Assembly: GCF_009914755.1 (NCBI RefSeq)
Contig: NC_060937.1
Length of the DNA: 64,000 nt
Strand: one strand, 5' to 3'
Source of the DNA: the human T2T-CHM13v2.0 reference genome, Homo sapiens
A model generated the notes under the pieces. The model was not told the origin of the DNA, searched no databases, and was given only the letters and a program-made list of their open reading frames with translations. This document shows, in pieces, positions 15,960 to 29,800 of the stretch (its first letter is position 1; every line of letters starts with the position of its first letter). The position numbers were made by a program, and so were the translations under genes.

Positions 15960-16400
15960 TCCAAATGGCCTTCTCCTTTCCACTTCTGAATGCTTTCATC
16001 CATTCTTCATATAACTGTCAGCATAATTTTAAACAAATCATATTATATCACTCTAGTTAAAACAGTCCAATGGCTTTCAATTGTACTGGGAAGGAATTCA
16101 AAGCTCCCTACTGTGGCTTACAAGGATGTCCTGCCCTAACTGCTGATCTCTCCGACATCATATCATATACTCTGAGCATTCACCAGGCTCCAGCTATGCC
16201 AGCCTTCCTTCTGTTCTTCCCACCTCCATAGTTTGCTGGCCTCAGAGACTTGGAACTGGCTCCTGCATTTTTCTATAATACTCTTTCACAGTATTTTTTA
16301 TATGTTTGGCCCCATATTATCATCAAATGATCTGTTCAAATGCAACTTTCATAGACATCTTCCATACACTAGAAAATCTGAAGTAGCCTGCTCATCCGTA
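15960..16400 (+). mobile_element. L2 fragment
   Basis: L2 3'-region motifs (TCCAATGGCTTTCAATTG, GGCTTACAAGG, CTCCAGCTATGCCAGCCTTCCTTCTGTTC). Confidence 0.65.
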
Positions 16401-16662
16401 TAGTTTTTCTAACCATAATTCCTATAAAATAGCATCACCTGGGTATTTAAAACAAAATAGAGAAATATTCCTTGGCCTATCATCCAGACCAATTAAAATT
16501 TTAAAATGTTAGGATGGAGTTAGAACATCATAAAAATTTTAACAGAAGGAAGGTTGAAGAGTGCTTTTGAAACAAAGGATTAATAATTCTATCCAAAAAT
16601 GTATGAAATAAATCTGCCAATTTCTAAACATCTAATTGGATTATCTATATGTTTGAGTTCTT

Positions 16663-17490
<828 letters not shown>

Positions 17491-17494
17491 GAGT

Positions 17495-17582
17495 AGTTCC
17501 TCTTAAAGGTCCCACTTCCAAATACTACCTAGCCAATTAAATTTCAACATGAGTTTTGGCAAAGACATTTTAAACCATAGCA
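17495..17582 (-). mobile_element. MST (MSTB-like) LTR 5' fragment
   Basis: CTCTTAAAGGTCCCAC...AATTAAATTTCAACATGAGTTTTGG...AAACCATAGCA. Confidence 0.65.
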
Positions 17583-20419
17583 AGCACTGAGAACATTTTC
17601 CACTATATGTCATGTAGACAAAGACAAAATTCATGTGCCCAAGTTCTTCTGAAAAGTGCACTAATGATAAATATTAAGCATTTTATTCTGTTAAATAATA
17701 TTTTACTGGAGTATCAGAATACAGAAAATACCCATTTGAGTGATAGAATTACTATAATTAAATATTTTATTCTATTATAAAATAACATATTTCAATGTGT
17801 TGTAGTTCATAGGCCTATGCAGAGCTATTTAAATATGTACATTTAAATAATTTTATGAATGTTTGAAAAATCATGTCCCATCAATCTTCTCCAAAGATAA
17901 TTTAATTTGTTTCTGACAAAAGTGCCAAATAGGTGATAGACGCATAAAGTACACAAGTTCTAATTCTGTTTTATGTAGAGCCAAATAATTTGAGGTTGTG
18001 TTTTTTCTATATTCCAAAGCTGACTCAAAGCATTTTTCCTTGACCAACAAACAAAAGAGAATTTAAATGCAGATCGTTATGTTGACAGCACAGCTGTCTA
18101 ATTCAATGTGACACTGATGCAAGTAAGAAGAAAGGAGCCAAAATGACACATTTAAGATATCCTCTTTAAAGTTCAATTCCATTTTACATACTATTCTTCC
18201 ACTTTGTACAACTATGCATTATCTTAGAATCACACCAATTTGATTCTTCTTGGTGAGCAACTATTATGTATACTAAAATATATATATTTTAACAAATATT
18301 AACTTTGTTTTGCTTTGTTTTAACAAAATTATATTTTATTTTTCTTGATTCTCAAAATATACCATTGACATAAAATCAATCTTGTTACAACCATTTGAAA
18401 TATTAGTTTTAAATACAGCACTGTTCCTTTATATCTTATTATGCTTTCTAAAAAAGACTCATACTGCAACAATCGGAAATTCAGGGTTTGCTCTTTTGAA
18501 AATCAATTCTATATTATGTGTTTTAACTTTATCTTAAACAGGCTCAACATTATCAAATAAAATGTGTACAAAACATCTAAAGATGTCCAATTGACAATTG
18601 TGAGTTTGGCATTTATCACTATAGCAGATAATGTGTGTGTGTAAGTGTGTTTGTGTGTGTGCGTTTACCTGTTCCACACACACAGACAACATTTATCAGC
18701 TTTTGAGGCACAGGCATTTTATTAATTTATATACCAAAAAAGTTAAATATTAAATTAATGTACAATGTTCATTGAATGTCATTGAAACAAATTTTGGAAA
18801 GCACTTATTTTCATGATATAAAAATTGTGTATATGTATTTCTAATTTAATTGGAGAATTGTTGACTAAACTTTCACAATTGGCTTATTCCTGTGTTTAAT
18901 GGAACTGTCACAGAAGTAAGAATAAAAGAAGAGAGAACAGTGACCTTAGCACCATAATTCAAGGCATCTTTGCATGGACAAGAGATACAAACATGGATCA
19001 ATGCATGACATTTGAAAAGCACAAGTAGAAAGTATAGAAGTAACTGATTTGCCCCTCCTACCAGATTGTTTCTAGGGTACCTGTTTTATGCTTTCATAGC
19101 TCTTTGCTCTTCTCCATAGAATCCATTTACATATTGCATTATATATTTTATAATTAATGCCAATCTGTCTCCATGAAAAGTAAACTTTTCAATGTAAAGA
19201 ATGACTATTGTACCCCAAATTTTTAAATTTGAGTATATGAATAACTTTTTTGAATACATGAAAAGCATTGTTTATAACAATGAAAATATTAAAAAGTATT
19301 TTCTTGAATAAATCCGAATTAATTTTGTGATCTGACATATTTTAAAGCAAAATATGTGTGCATATATATATAGTGGATAGATATGTGTTTTTGACATTTC
19401 AGAAATCAAATTCAGAACAATAAATATATAATAACTATCCTCAAATTAACTTCAAATTTTATTAAAAATGCATACATTGATAACTGAAATTTTAGTGTTG
19501 CAGGCATAAAAGCTAATGCAATCAACATGATTAATATGCTTTCTGTGGACATTAAATAAGTTAATACATATAAAGGGCTTATAACATCATTATCATTATA
19601 ATCATAATGATATTTTTGTATAAAAACCTAACATTACATGACAATTAAACTTTCACAAAGTAAACGGAATCTTTTCCATTCCTTTGGGCAGCACAGAAAT
19701 ACAACTTTGACTAATGTGATGAAATAGCTGCATAGCTTTGTGGAGCTTGACCACCTGGAGAGAAGAATATTGATTCTATAATTAACTGTGACCTGCAAAG
19801 TACAGCCACCAAAATTACTTTTTAAAAAATAATTTCCCTTTCTGAGCATTTAAATGGGAAACAAGTAAAAAAAAGAAGATACTTAAAGAGTAATAGTCAC
19901 TAAAGTTTAAATGATCATCATGATTGTGCCTTTTTATAATTCATTGCAATTGCTGATATATTCATATAAGAAAACAGACTGGTATAAAATAAATTGGACA
20001 AGGAATCCTAGTAAAATATTTGTGATTTGAGATTTTACAGACAAGAAAATCACTAGCTTTTACATTTTGTCATTTATAAGAGGCACTAATGCACTTTTAA
20101 AAACCCGATAGTCCTAACAGAAGTATTAAAAAATGAACAGAAATACCATTAAAAAAATTGAAAATTGCAAGTGATAAAACAGGCCAATGTTGTTGTCATG
20201 TTAATAAAAGAAATATTGTTTATTGTAGCTTTCTGAGCCTCTTCTTACATTCTATATTTGTTATTAATAAGTGCATCTCCAATTTTTAAGAGATGCATGT
20301 TTACCTTTTATACAAATGAGCAATACACACATGCTTATAATTGCAAATGTATTTAAGTATCATTGCCTTTTAAAATATGTTTTAAAGCCATATTAATTAT
20401 ACCATATAGTTCATGTTGT

Positions 20420-22000
20420 CATTTAAATTGACCTTATATAATTTAACATACAATTCATTTTACATTATAAAATTTCTTACTGTAAAAAATGGTGAACATA
20501 TATTCTATACATTAGAATATTAGACTATATATATTTAGTAATAAAAAGTCTTCAATCTCTATGGTCACTATCTGCATAGGCAACCATTATACAGTTTCTT
20601 AAGCATTCATACACAAATAACATATTAATACTTATGCCTTTATGTTATTATTTTTCAAAAATAGAAGTACACTCTAGAGCTCTTTCACTTAATATTCTCA
20701 GTAATTGGTCATTAACATATTGATCAATATATTATATATATATATCTCAGTGATTGATCAATAATAGATATCATTCACCTTATTTCTTCTAATGCCATTT
20801 TTAGGTTCCCTAGAAGTGGAGCCCAAGGTAAGGATTCTTTTGCAAGTGATTTTCTAGTAGAGTGCTCTCAGGAGAAATCTGGGAGAAAGTAAAGGAATCT
20901 GAATAAGGGCTGGGAAGAGGCAAACACAGATACTTTTAGCTGAAGTCTAGCCTCAGCTTTATCCCTGGAGACTTCTTGAGTATGAGTGGCACAACAGAGT
21001 TGCTTCATCTCCAAGGAAGGGGGCCAGATTTTGCACTGTAGTGTCAGTATGTAATTGGCAACAAGTATCCTTGCAACTCCCAGAAGGAAACATAATCTCC
21101 CAAGTGAGGTGATTACAGTTACTGAAGCCAATTCCCTAGAAACATTGTAAGCTGTTGTAAATTATAAGTGGTTAGCAGCCCAAACTCACAGAACCTGGGG
21201 GATGAGTTTATCTGGTTGTCAAAATGAATCTGGGCAATGTACCAAAATATGCTACTGGTGGCATTATATCACATTGCCAGGAAATGGAATTATGCTTTAG
21301 TTACTTTTTGTTGAGGGATATTTCATTGTTTCCCTATTTAGCAAGTATAATGTTATTGGTTATTTTTGTACCCTGATTTTTTTGCATATTATAAGGCCTA
21401 TCTTTAATAGAAGACTCTGGAAGTTTAAATGTTGAGTCAAAGGTTATATTCATTTTAAAGTTTGATAGCTGTTGCCAAATGGTCACCCAAAGTGGTTCAC
21501 ATTCTTCATATTTTCACTCACACTGTGAGTTAAATTTTAGATCCTTAATTATCTTGATGTGAAAATGGTATATCAGTTTGGTTTGATTTTTCTCTTTTTA
21601 AATCCTAGAGAGTGTTTAGCATATTTTTATGCCAAAAGTAATATGCATTTTGTTTTCTGAATAAATTATTTTTCTGTGCTTTATTAGGTACCTAATTTTT
21701 CTTATTAGATTGTAAGAACTATACTTACATGTTAAGGGACTTAATAAATTTGTATGACATTTACTCATATATTATTCCAAGTTTGTCTTTTGATCTTTGC
21801 TTTTTATTTTCAGTGTGAAGAAATATTTAATTTTATGTAGTTGAATTTATTTACTTTTTTAATTCCTGAGCTTTGCATTTTGTTTAGGAATAGCTCCTTA
21901 CTTCATAAAAATATATTTTTAAAAACTCCACACATTTTCTTCCAAAATTTTTAAAATTATCTTTGTTGAAGTAAAAATTTGATTCTTTTAATTTGAGGCA
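20420..22000 (-). mobile_element. Ancient L1ME 3' fragment, interrupted by LTR33
   Basis: T-rich antisense L1 motifs (TGAGTCAAAGGTTATATTCATTTTAAAG, TGCCAAATGGTCACCCAAAGTGGTT, ATTTAATTTTATGTAGTTGAATTTAT). Confidence 0.6.
20800..21257 (-). mobile_element. LTR33-like ERVL solo LTR
   Basis: AGGTTCCCTAGAAGTGGAGCCCAAGG...GCAAGTGATT...GAGTGCTCTCAGGAGAAA; ~460 bp. Confidence 0.7.
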
Positions 22001-22612
22001 AAATTAAATTTAGGATACTTTAAAATTCAATATGAAACTATTTTGCATTGAGTAAAGTTTATTGTGTTTAATTGATATCACATAACTATACATTTTGTAA
22101 AATATAAATGATATCATTGAATGCCCACATGCATGGAATTTATGTGTGCCTGAACATATATAAACAAAATTACATTTTAACAAGTAGATAAATGTGTCCA
22201 AGTAGATTAATTATAAATAGAAATTAGTGTTAATAATAAACATATTAAAAATAAAATACTTGGAAAAACACTAATTCTATTTGAAATATAAAAACACTTT
22301 TAAAATTATAAACATGTTTTCTCTTTTGGCTTAAAAAGCTGAAATACATGTAATGATAGAATTTTTTCTTATAACAGTTATATTTAAAAGTAAGAGAGGT
22401 TTTTAGCTATTCACATTTTATTATAGCTAATAAATAGTTTACAGCATGCGAAAACTGTCTCAAACTATTCAATTTGCTTCATTCTTTAAAGTTTGTTTGG
22501 TTTTGTCTACAAAGTAGTTTATAATTCTGTTAAGGGATTACAATGTGATTTTAAAATAATTCATTTACTTATAGGGCTATTGACTCAATCAATTCTAGTA
22601 ATATTTCCTTTG

Positions 22613-22636
22613 TATATATATATATATATATATATA
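22613..22636. repeat. (TA)n microsatellite
   Basis: Read directly. Confidence 0.95.
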
Positions 22637-23675
22637 GCAATTCAGTTCAACCACTCTTTAGACCTTACAGAGTGTGTTATATATCAACATAAAAATCAAA
22701 GCCATCTAATAGTAATTTTTAATAAATTTTAGACATTTTGAAATCAATCTAAACCCTTGAGAAATTAAAAACCATCATAATGGAAATACAATGCTAGCGT
22801 TTGCAAATAGGATAATTCTCGAAATGGATATCTAGTTTACCTTCTTAGTTTAACTTCTTTCTTAAACCACTAAAACTAATTCACAACTAATTTTAAATTA
22901 TAAACATCACAAATAAGGCTTAACCGTCTCTATATAACATTGAAATAATTGGGTGACATTGTCTACATTTTCTTATTCCATTACATCAAATTCTTCCTAT
23001 TAGTATATCTGGGAGGCTTTAATATTTTTTTAAAAAGTAAAATCCAAAAAGAATTTTAATGGTTTATAATTGAGAAGAACTTTGGATTCTGCTGATTTTA
23101 AAAATATAAGAGGATCAAAGGTGATGCCCAGGATATATTGAAAATAAATCATTGTATTTCAGGATTTGGTTACAGGAATAATTTTTTTCCCAAGCATCTC
23201 CCCCTTGGTAAATGTAAGCACCTCTGCTTATGAGTTGTCTGTTTCTCAGCAAAGATTTTTAGTGAACATGGCTCTCAGGAGACTTTATGGTCAGAACTGG
23301 GAACATACTAATGTTCCTTTTCACCAGGGCTGTAGAAGTGGCAGCCATATTTGCAAGAAGAGACAGATATTGAGTCAGGTCAAAACAAAGTCATTCAAAG
23401 AATGGATACTGTGAGGTGAGACCCAGTAAAAAGGCTATGAATGGACATCAACATACATATTGAGGAATCAAACATATGAGAATTTGGGATGATTCACAGC
23501 AGGTTTTATGAACCAGTATATCTGGTAGTGTGTATGCCACCAGTAAGAAAGAAGAAAAAATGATGAGATGTTTGGGAATTCAGTCATCAACACTTCAGTG
23601 ATTGACATGAAGAGATGGCACTTAGGTGGAATAACTTGAGTATTTTATCCCTGTGAAAAATCTGGGCAGCTGGTA

Positions 23676-24108
23676 TATGATGGTTAATACTGAGTGTCAA
23701 CTTGATTGGATTGAAGGATACAAAGTATTGATCCTGGGTGTGTCTGTGAGAGTGTTGCAAAGGAGATTAACATTTGAATCAGAAAGGTGGGAAGGCACAC
23801 CCACTCTTAAACTGGGTGGCACAATCTAATCAGCTGCCAGCATGGCCAGAATATAATCAGGCAGAAAAATGTGAAAAGAGAGACTGGTCTAGCCATCCAA
23901 CATCTTTCCCGTGCTGGATGCTTCCTGCCCTTGAACATTGGACTCCAGGTTTTTCAGTTTTGGAATTCGGACTGGCTCTCCTTGCTCTTCAGCCTGCAGA
24001 CAGCCTATTGTGGAACCTTTTGATCATGTAAATTAATATTTAATAAACTCCTATATATATATATATATATTTTCCATTAATTCTGTCCCTCTAGGGAATG
24101 CTAATACA
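23676..24108 (+). mobile_element. MLT2A1 5' LTR
   Basis: TATGATGGTTAATACTGAGTGTCAACTTGATTGG...AATAAA...(TA)n...CTAATACA, followed by the leader GATTTTAGTACCAG. Confidence 0.92.
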
Positions 24109-24129
24109 GATTTTAGTACCAGCAGTAGG

Positions 24130-25810
24130 GACCAGGACAGGAGAAGGCTCTGCAATAGGTCCAGGCTGCTGTGCAAGCTGCTCTGCCACTTGGGCCATAT
24201 GACCCAGCAGATCCAATGGTGCTTAAGGTGTCAGTTGCAGATAGGGATGCTGTTTGGAGCCTTTGGCAGGCCCCCATAGATGAATCACAACGGAGGCCTC
24301 TAGGATTTTGGAGCAAGGCTCTGCCACCTTCTGCAGAAAACTATTCTCCTTTTGAGAGACAGCTCTTGGCTTGTTACTGGGCTTTGGTGGAAACTGAACG
24401 TTTGACTATGGGCCATCAAGTCAGTATGCAACCTGAACTACCTCTCATGAGTTGGGTGCTTTCTGTCCCATCCAGCCATAAAGTGGGTTGTGCACAGCAG
24501 TATTCCATCATCAAATGAAAGTGGTATATACGTGATTGGGCTCGAGTAGGTCCTGAAAGCACAAGTAAATTAAATGATGATGTGGCTCAAATGCCCACAG
24601 GCTCCAATCCTGCCACCCTGCCTTCTCTGCCCCAGCCTGCACCAATGGCTTAGGGGGAGTTCCCTATGATCAGCTGACAGAGGAAGAGAAGACTAGGGCC
24701 TAGTTCACAGATGGTTCTGCACCATATGCAGGCACCACCCAAAAGCAGACAGCTGCAGCACTATAGCCACTTTCTAGGACATCCCTGAAGGGCAGTGGTG
24801 AAGGGAAATCTTCCCAGTGGGCAGAACTTCGAGCAGTGCACCCGGCTGTGCACTTTCCATGAAAGGAGAAATGGCCAGATGTGTGATTATATACTGATTC
24901 GTGGGCTGTAGACAATGGTTTGGATGGATGGTCAGGGACTTATAAGAAGCATGATCAAAACATCGGTGGCAAAGAAATTTGGGGAAAAGGTATGTGGATG
25001 GACCTCTCTGAGTAGTCTAAAACTGTGAATATATTTGCATACCATGTGAGTGCTCTATGACGGGTGACCTCAGCAAAGGAGTATTTTAATAATCAAGTGG
25101 ATAGCATGACCTGTTGTGTGGACACCACTCAGCCCCTTTCCCCAGCCACCCCTGTCATCACCCAATGGGCCCATGAACAAACTGGCCATGGTGGCAGGTA
25201 CAGAGGCTTTACAAGTACTCAGCAACATGGACTTCCACTTACCAAGGCTGTCCTGGCTACGGCCACCGCTGAGTGCCCAATTTGCCAGCAGCAGACACCA
25301 ACACTGATTCCTCGATATGGCACCATTCCTCGAGGTAATAAGCCAGCTACCTGGTGGCAGGTTTATTATATTGGACCTCTTCCATCATGGAAAGGGCAGA
25401 GGTTTGTCCTCACTGGAATAAACACTTAATCCGGATATGGGTTTGTCTATCCTGCAAGCAGTGCTTCTGCCAAGACTACCGTCCATGGATTCACGGAATG
25501 CCTTATACATTGTTATGGTATTCCACACAGCTTTGCCTCTAACCAAGGCACTCGCTATATGGCTAAAGAAGTGCAGCAGTGGGCTCATGCTCATGGAATT
25601 CACTGGTCTTACCATGTTCCCCATCATCCTGAAGCAGCTGGAGTAAGAAAACAGTGGAATGGCCTTTTGAAGTCACAATTACAATGCTAAATAGCTGACA
25701 ATACTTTGCAAGGCTGGGGCAAAGTTCTCCAGAAGGCTTTGTATGCTCTGACTCAGCATCCAATATACGGCACTTCTTTCCCATTGCCAGGATTCACAAG
25801 TCTAGAAATC
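24130..25810 (+). pseudogene. HERV-L pol remnant (connection, RNase H, integrase)
   Basis: Peptides PLGFWSKALP...YSPFERQLLACYWAL, FTDGSA, HHCC finger WAHEQTGHGG...CPICQQ, and WQVYYIGPLP. Multiple stops and frameshifts. Confidence 0.92.
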
Positions 25811-25814
25811 AAGG

Positions 25815-26200
25815 GTGGAAGTGGCACCACTCACCATCACCCCTAGTGACCCACTAGCAAAATTTGTGCTTCCTGTTCCCACCACATTATGTTCTGCTGG
25901 CCTAGAGGTCTTAGTTCCAGAGGGAGGAATGCTGCTACCAGGAGACACAACAATGATTCCATTAAACTGGAACTTAAGATTGCCACTTGGACCTCTTTGG
26001 GCTCCTCCTACCTTGAAGTCAACTGGCTAAGAAGGGAGTTACAGTGTTTGCTGGGTGATTGACCTGGACTACCAAGATGAAATCAGTCTACTACTGATGG
26101 AAGTAAGGAAGAGTATGAATGGAATATAGGAGATCCATTAGGGTGTCTCTTAGTATTACCATGCCCTGTGATTAAGGTCAATAGGAAACTACAACAGCCC
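25815..26200 (+). pseudogene. HERV-L dUTPase remnant
   Basis: SAGLEVLVPEGGMLLPGDTTMIPLNWNLRLP and a GVTV..G.ID.DYQ.EI-like stretch. Position downstream of integrase is characteristic of ERV-L. Confidence 0.8.
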
Positions 26201-26695
26201 AATCCAGGCAGGACTACAGGAATCCAGACCCCTCAGGAATGAAGGTTTGGGTCATGCCACCAGGAAAAAACATGACCTGCTATAGTACTTGCTGAAGGCA
26301 AAGGGAATACAGAATGGGTAGTAGAAGAAGGTAGGCATCAGTAACAGCTATGGCTACGTAACCAGCTGAAGAAACAAGAAATGTAACTGTCATGAGTATT
26401 TCCTCCTTCTTTTGTTAAAAACATGTTTGTGAATGTATACACTTGTACTAAGAAAATATCTTCATTTTATTTCCTTTTCCTTTATCATATGACATAAGAT
26501 TTATTGACTTCATATCAGCATTTAAGTATTGTTAATTTTATGTAATAGTATTTGGGTTGGGATTGGTGTGTTTCCAGTGGTAGGAAGGATAGTTGTGTTA
26601 TGTTAGGCATAATTATGACCTTATTATTGTCTTTATTTGAAGATTATGTGTGATCTCAGGAGACGTGTATGGGTTCAAGTTGACAGGGGTGGACT

Positions 26696-27158
26696 TGTGA
26701 TGGTTAATACTGAGTGACAACCTGATTGTATTGGAGGATACAAAGTATTGATCCTGGGTGTGTCTGTGAGGAAGTTGCCAAAGGAGATTAACATTTGAGT
26801 CAGTGGGCTGGGGAAGACAGATGCACCCTTAATCTAGGGGGCACAATCTAATCAGCTAAATATGAATATAAAGCAGGCAGAAAAACATGAAAAGGGGAGA
26901 TTGACCTAGCCTCCCAGCCTACATCTTTCTCCCTGCCCTTGAACATCGAACTCCAAGTTCTTCAGTTTTAGAACTCGGACTGGCCCTCCTTGTTCCTCAG
27001 CCTGCAGATGGCCTGTTGTGGGACTTTGTGATCATGTAAGTTAATACTTAATTAACTCCTTTATATATATATAGGAGTGGAATATATATATGTATATATA
27101 TATATATATATATATTCCATTACTTCTGTCCCTCTAGAGAACCCTGACTAATAATACA
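26696..27158 (+). mobile_element. MLT2A1 3' LTR
   Basis: TGTGATGGTTAATACTGAGTG...GAACCCTGACTAATAATACA; expanded (TA)n at 27062-27114. Confidence 0.92.
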
Positions 27159-28530
27159 TGGTATTTAGAATAAATTATAAGAAAATATCAGAGACAGAAT
27201 TAAGCTTTTGATTTATCCTATGTGTTTTTCATGACTCTTATGAAGAGAGTAGTCATTATCTTTACTTGGCTTGTCCAATTATTGCAGATGGTGATAAAAG
27301 AAAACAGCTAGATAGAGGAGGGGATACCAATTTTCTGAAAATGTTCTCTGCATATATAGAATTTAACTATATTTACTGAATTTAGCTGATAATACACTTA
27401 TGAAGGGTAGCACTATTATAAATGTGAAATATATTATCATCTTTTCAGTTTTCAACTCCATACCAAGGTTAAATCAGGACTACTTATTCTGCTAAATAAA
27501 AATGGTGCCCTATTTTAAAGTATGAATCTTTTATATTGTTTTCTGAAGTAAAAGTCATGGTTATTTCTTAGTAAAAATGGCCAATAGAATTCTTTTTTCT
27601 CATGTATTTTCTCATTAGCTAAATAATAATAATTATAATAGTGGTATCTCTTCATTTCCCTTCATACAGTGTGATACTATATAGTGAAAAAAATTAATAG
27701 CAATTTTACTTGTGCTGTCATTATTGGTACGCCGTAGTCATTTTCTACTTTTCAATGACTTTGAAAATGATCTTGTACAGTAGTGTCTTCTTATTATCCA
27801 GAAAGGTACCAGGAATAGGTGTAATCTCATTATATCCACAACCACTCAGTAGAAAAATATGTAATATTCATGTAAATATCTGTGAAATAGTATAGTTGAA
27901 TAGCTTCATTTTCTCTGCTATAAGATGGTACAATTACATTTTTTTTAAATGACAAACTCATAAAATTATACAGTGACAATCAGCACAAATGAAGAGTTGC
28001 CATTTGCGTAGGAGAAATGGGTTATAGGATAAACCTCTAATTTAGCTAATGGAATTTTGAAATAGGGCTTACAACCAAAGTGAAATTAAACACAATAGCC
28101 TTAGTCGACTCTATTTTATAATCACTTACACTTTTATTGCTAATTCACCTAATTGAAGTCAGGAGTAAATGCACTATTAGCTCCTGATAACTTTAGGTTT
28201 GGGTTGAATTTTAGTGTTACAAAGGATATGTAAATGTCCAAAAGAAAGATGCACAAATATGTTGAATATTATTAGCAATACAAGAAAACAAAAAATTTAA
28301 ATTACAAGTTCTGATTCCTGGGTCTAATTATAATGCTTTTTGAGATCATTTGTGACATTATTAAAACTATATTTGAAATCATTTATTTTCTATTAATTTG
28401 CTGACATATAAAAAGGAAGATAGCAATAAATAATACCTTTTGGAATACTTATTAAAATCAAGCAAATATAAGGATATTGTGAAATCCTATATAAGGATTA
28501 TGATCTAACACATTAAAATAAATATTTCAA

Positions 28531-28822
28531 TTTTTTTTTTTTTGAGACAGCATCTTGCTCTGTTACCCAAGCTGGAGTACCAAGTGGTGTGAACTTGGTT
28601 CACTGCAACCTCTGCCTCCTGGGTTCAAGCAATTATCCTGCCTCATCCTCCTGAGTAGCTAGGATTACAGGCACCCGCCGCCATGCCAGACTAATTTTTG
28701 TATTTTTAGTAGAGATGGGGTTCCACTTTGTTGTCCAGGCTAGTCTTGAACTCCTGACCTCAAGTGATCCACCTGCCTTGGCCTCGTGAAGTGCTGGAGG
28801 TGTGAGCCACCAGGCCCAAGTC
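28531..28822 (-). mobile_element. AluS (Sx/Sz-like)
   Basis: PolyT, GAGACAG...CTCCTGACCTCAAGTGATCCACCTGCC; TSD ~AATATTT. Confidence 0.9.
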
Positions 28823-29142
28823 AATATTTTGAAATTTATATTTGAAACAATAATTGATGTAATACTATGAAATAATGTAGACCAAGAGCAATATTAAAAT
28901 TTTAAAACATGGATTAATATAATACAACTTTATAATTATTTTAAACATTAATAAAAATAATGAAAGTTGCCCATTATTACCAGATCTTAGGACATATGTC
29001 TCTCATGTCTGGAAAATATTAATAATATTAATAATAACCACAGCAACAACATGCCAATAACCTATAGATACCTTTGCAAATCTTATTTAGAGTACATGTT
29101 CTTTAATTGAATTTTCAAAACATTCAAATATATTTATTTATT

Positions 29143-29378
29143 AGTAATAGCTAACTTTTGCTTAAGTCATTGTTCCAGAAAGTATGTGAAGCACATTTCA
29201 TAAATTACTCATTTCTCAGAAACCTCATGATGGGGAAATTACTATTTCTCACAAATTACAGATGAGAAAACTGATGCCTACAGAAGTTCAATAGTCTGCC
29301 AATACCGAGCTGTTCTAAACGATGGCACTGGCATTTAAACCCACACTGTGGCTCAGCAGTCCTCCTTCTTAACTGCTT
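29143..29378 (-). mobile_element. MIR
   Basis: Core TTACAGATGAGAAAACTGATGCCTACAGAAGTT; ATTTAAACCCA. Confidence 0.75.
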
Positions 29379-29590
29379 TCCTGAGATTTATAATAACCTG
29401 AGGACAATCAGGCAAATCTGTTTTGGAGGTTTGCTTCTGCAATTAACTCTATGTAGGAGACAAGTGAATTAAGATTAGATCTTAAAAAATTACATAGGCA
29501 ATTCCTTGTTATTATGCCATTTTTAGATGAGCTACCAGTACGAATGTAAACAAATGTGTTTCAAGTATATACTTTTAAGTTGAGAAATGA

Positions 29591-29800
29591 TTAGCAAGGT
29601 GTAGTGGTACATACCTGTAGTCGAAGCTACTCAGAGGCTGAGGTGGGAAGATTGCTTGAGCCCAGGAGTTCAAGGCTGCAGTGAGCTGTGATCATCACAC
29701 TGCACTCCAGTCTGGGTGACAGAGTGAGACCCTGCCTCTAAAAGAAAAAAAACCCTATAAAATAAAATAAAATAAAATAAAAATAAATAAAATAAAATAA
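29591..29800 (+). mobile_element. Alu right monomer (FRAM or 5'-truncated AluJ) with (TAAAA)n tail
   Basis: TTAGCAAGGTGTAGTGG...GATTGCTTGAGCCCAGGAGTTCAAGGCTGCAGTGAG; (TAAAA)n at 29757-29800. Confidence 0.88.

Larger units (their letters stand above)
23676..27158 (+). mobile_element. HERV-L provirus with two MLT2A1 LTRs, gag/pro/RT deleted
   Basis: Two homologous LTRs, perfect 5-bp TSD TGGTA (23671-23675 and 27159-27163), pol and dUTPase remnants, PPT AGGGGTGGAC. Confidence 0.95.

Noticed and set aside
24171-25429. HERV-L pol ORFs as a functional enzyme
   Set aside because: Fragmented by stops. The integrase catalytic Asp positions read Tyr (25364) and Asn (25541), and RT is deleted.
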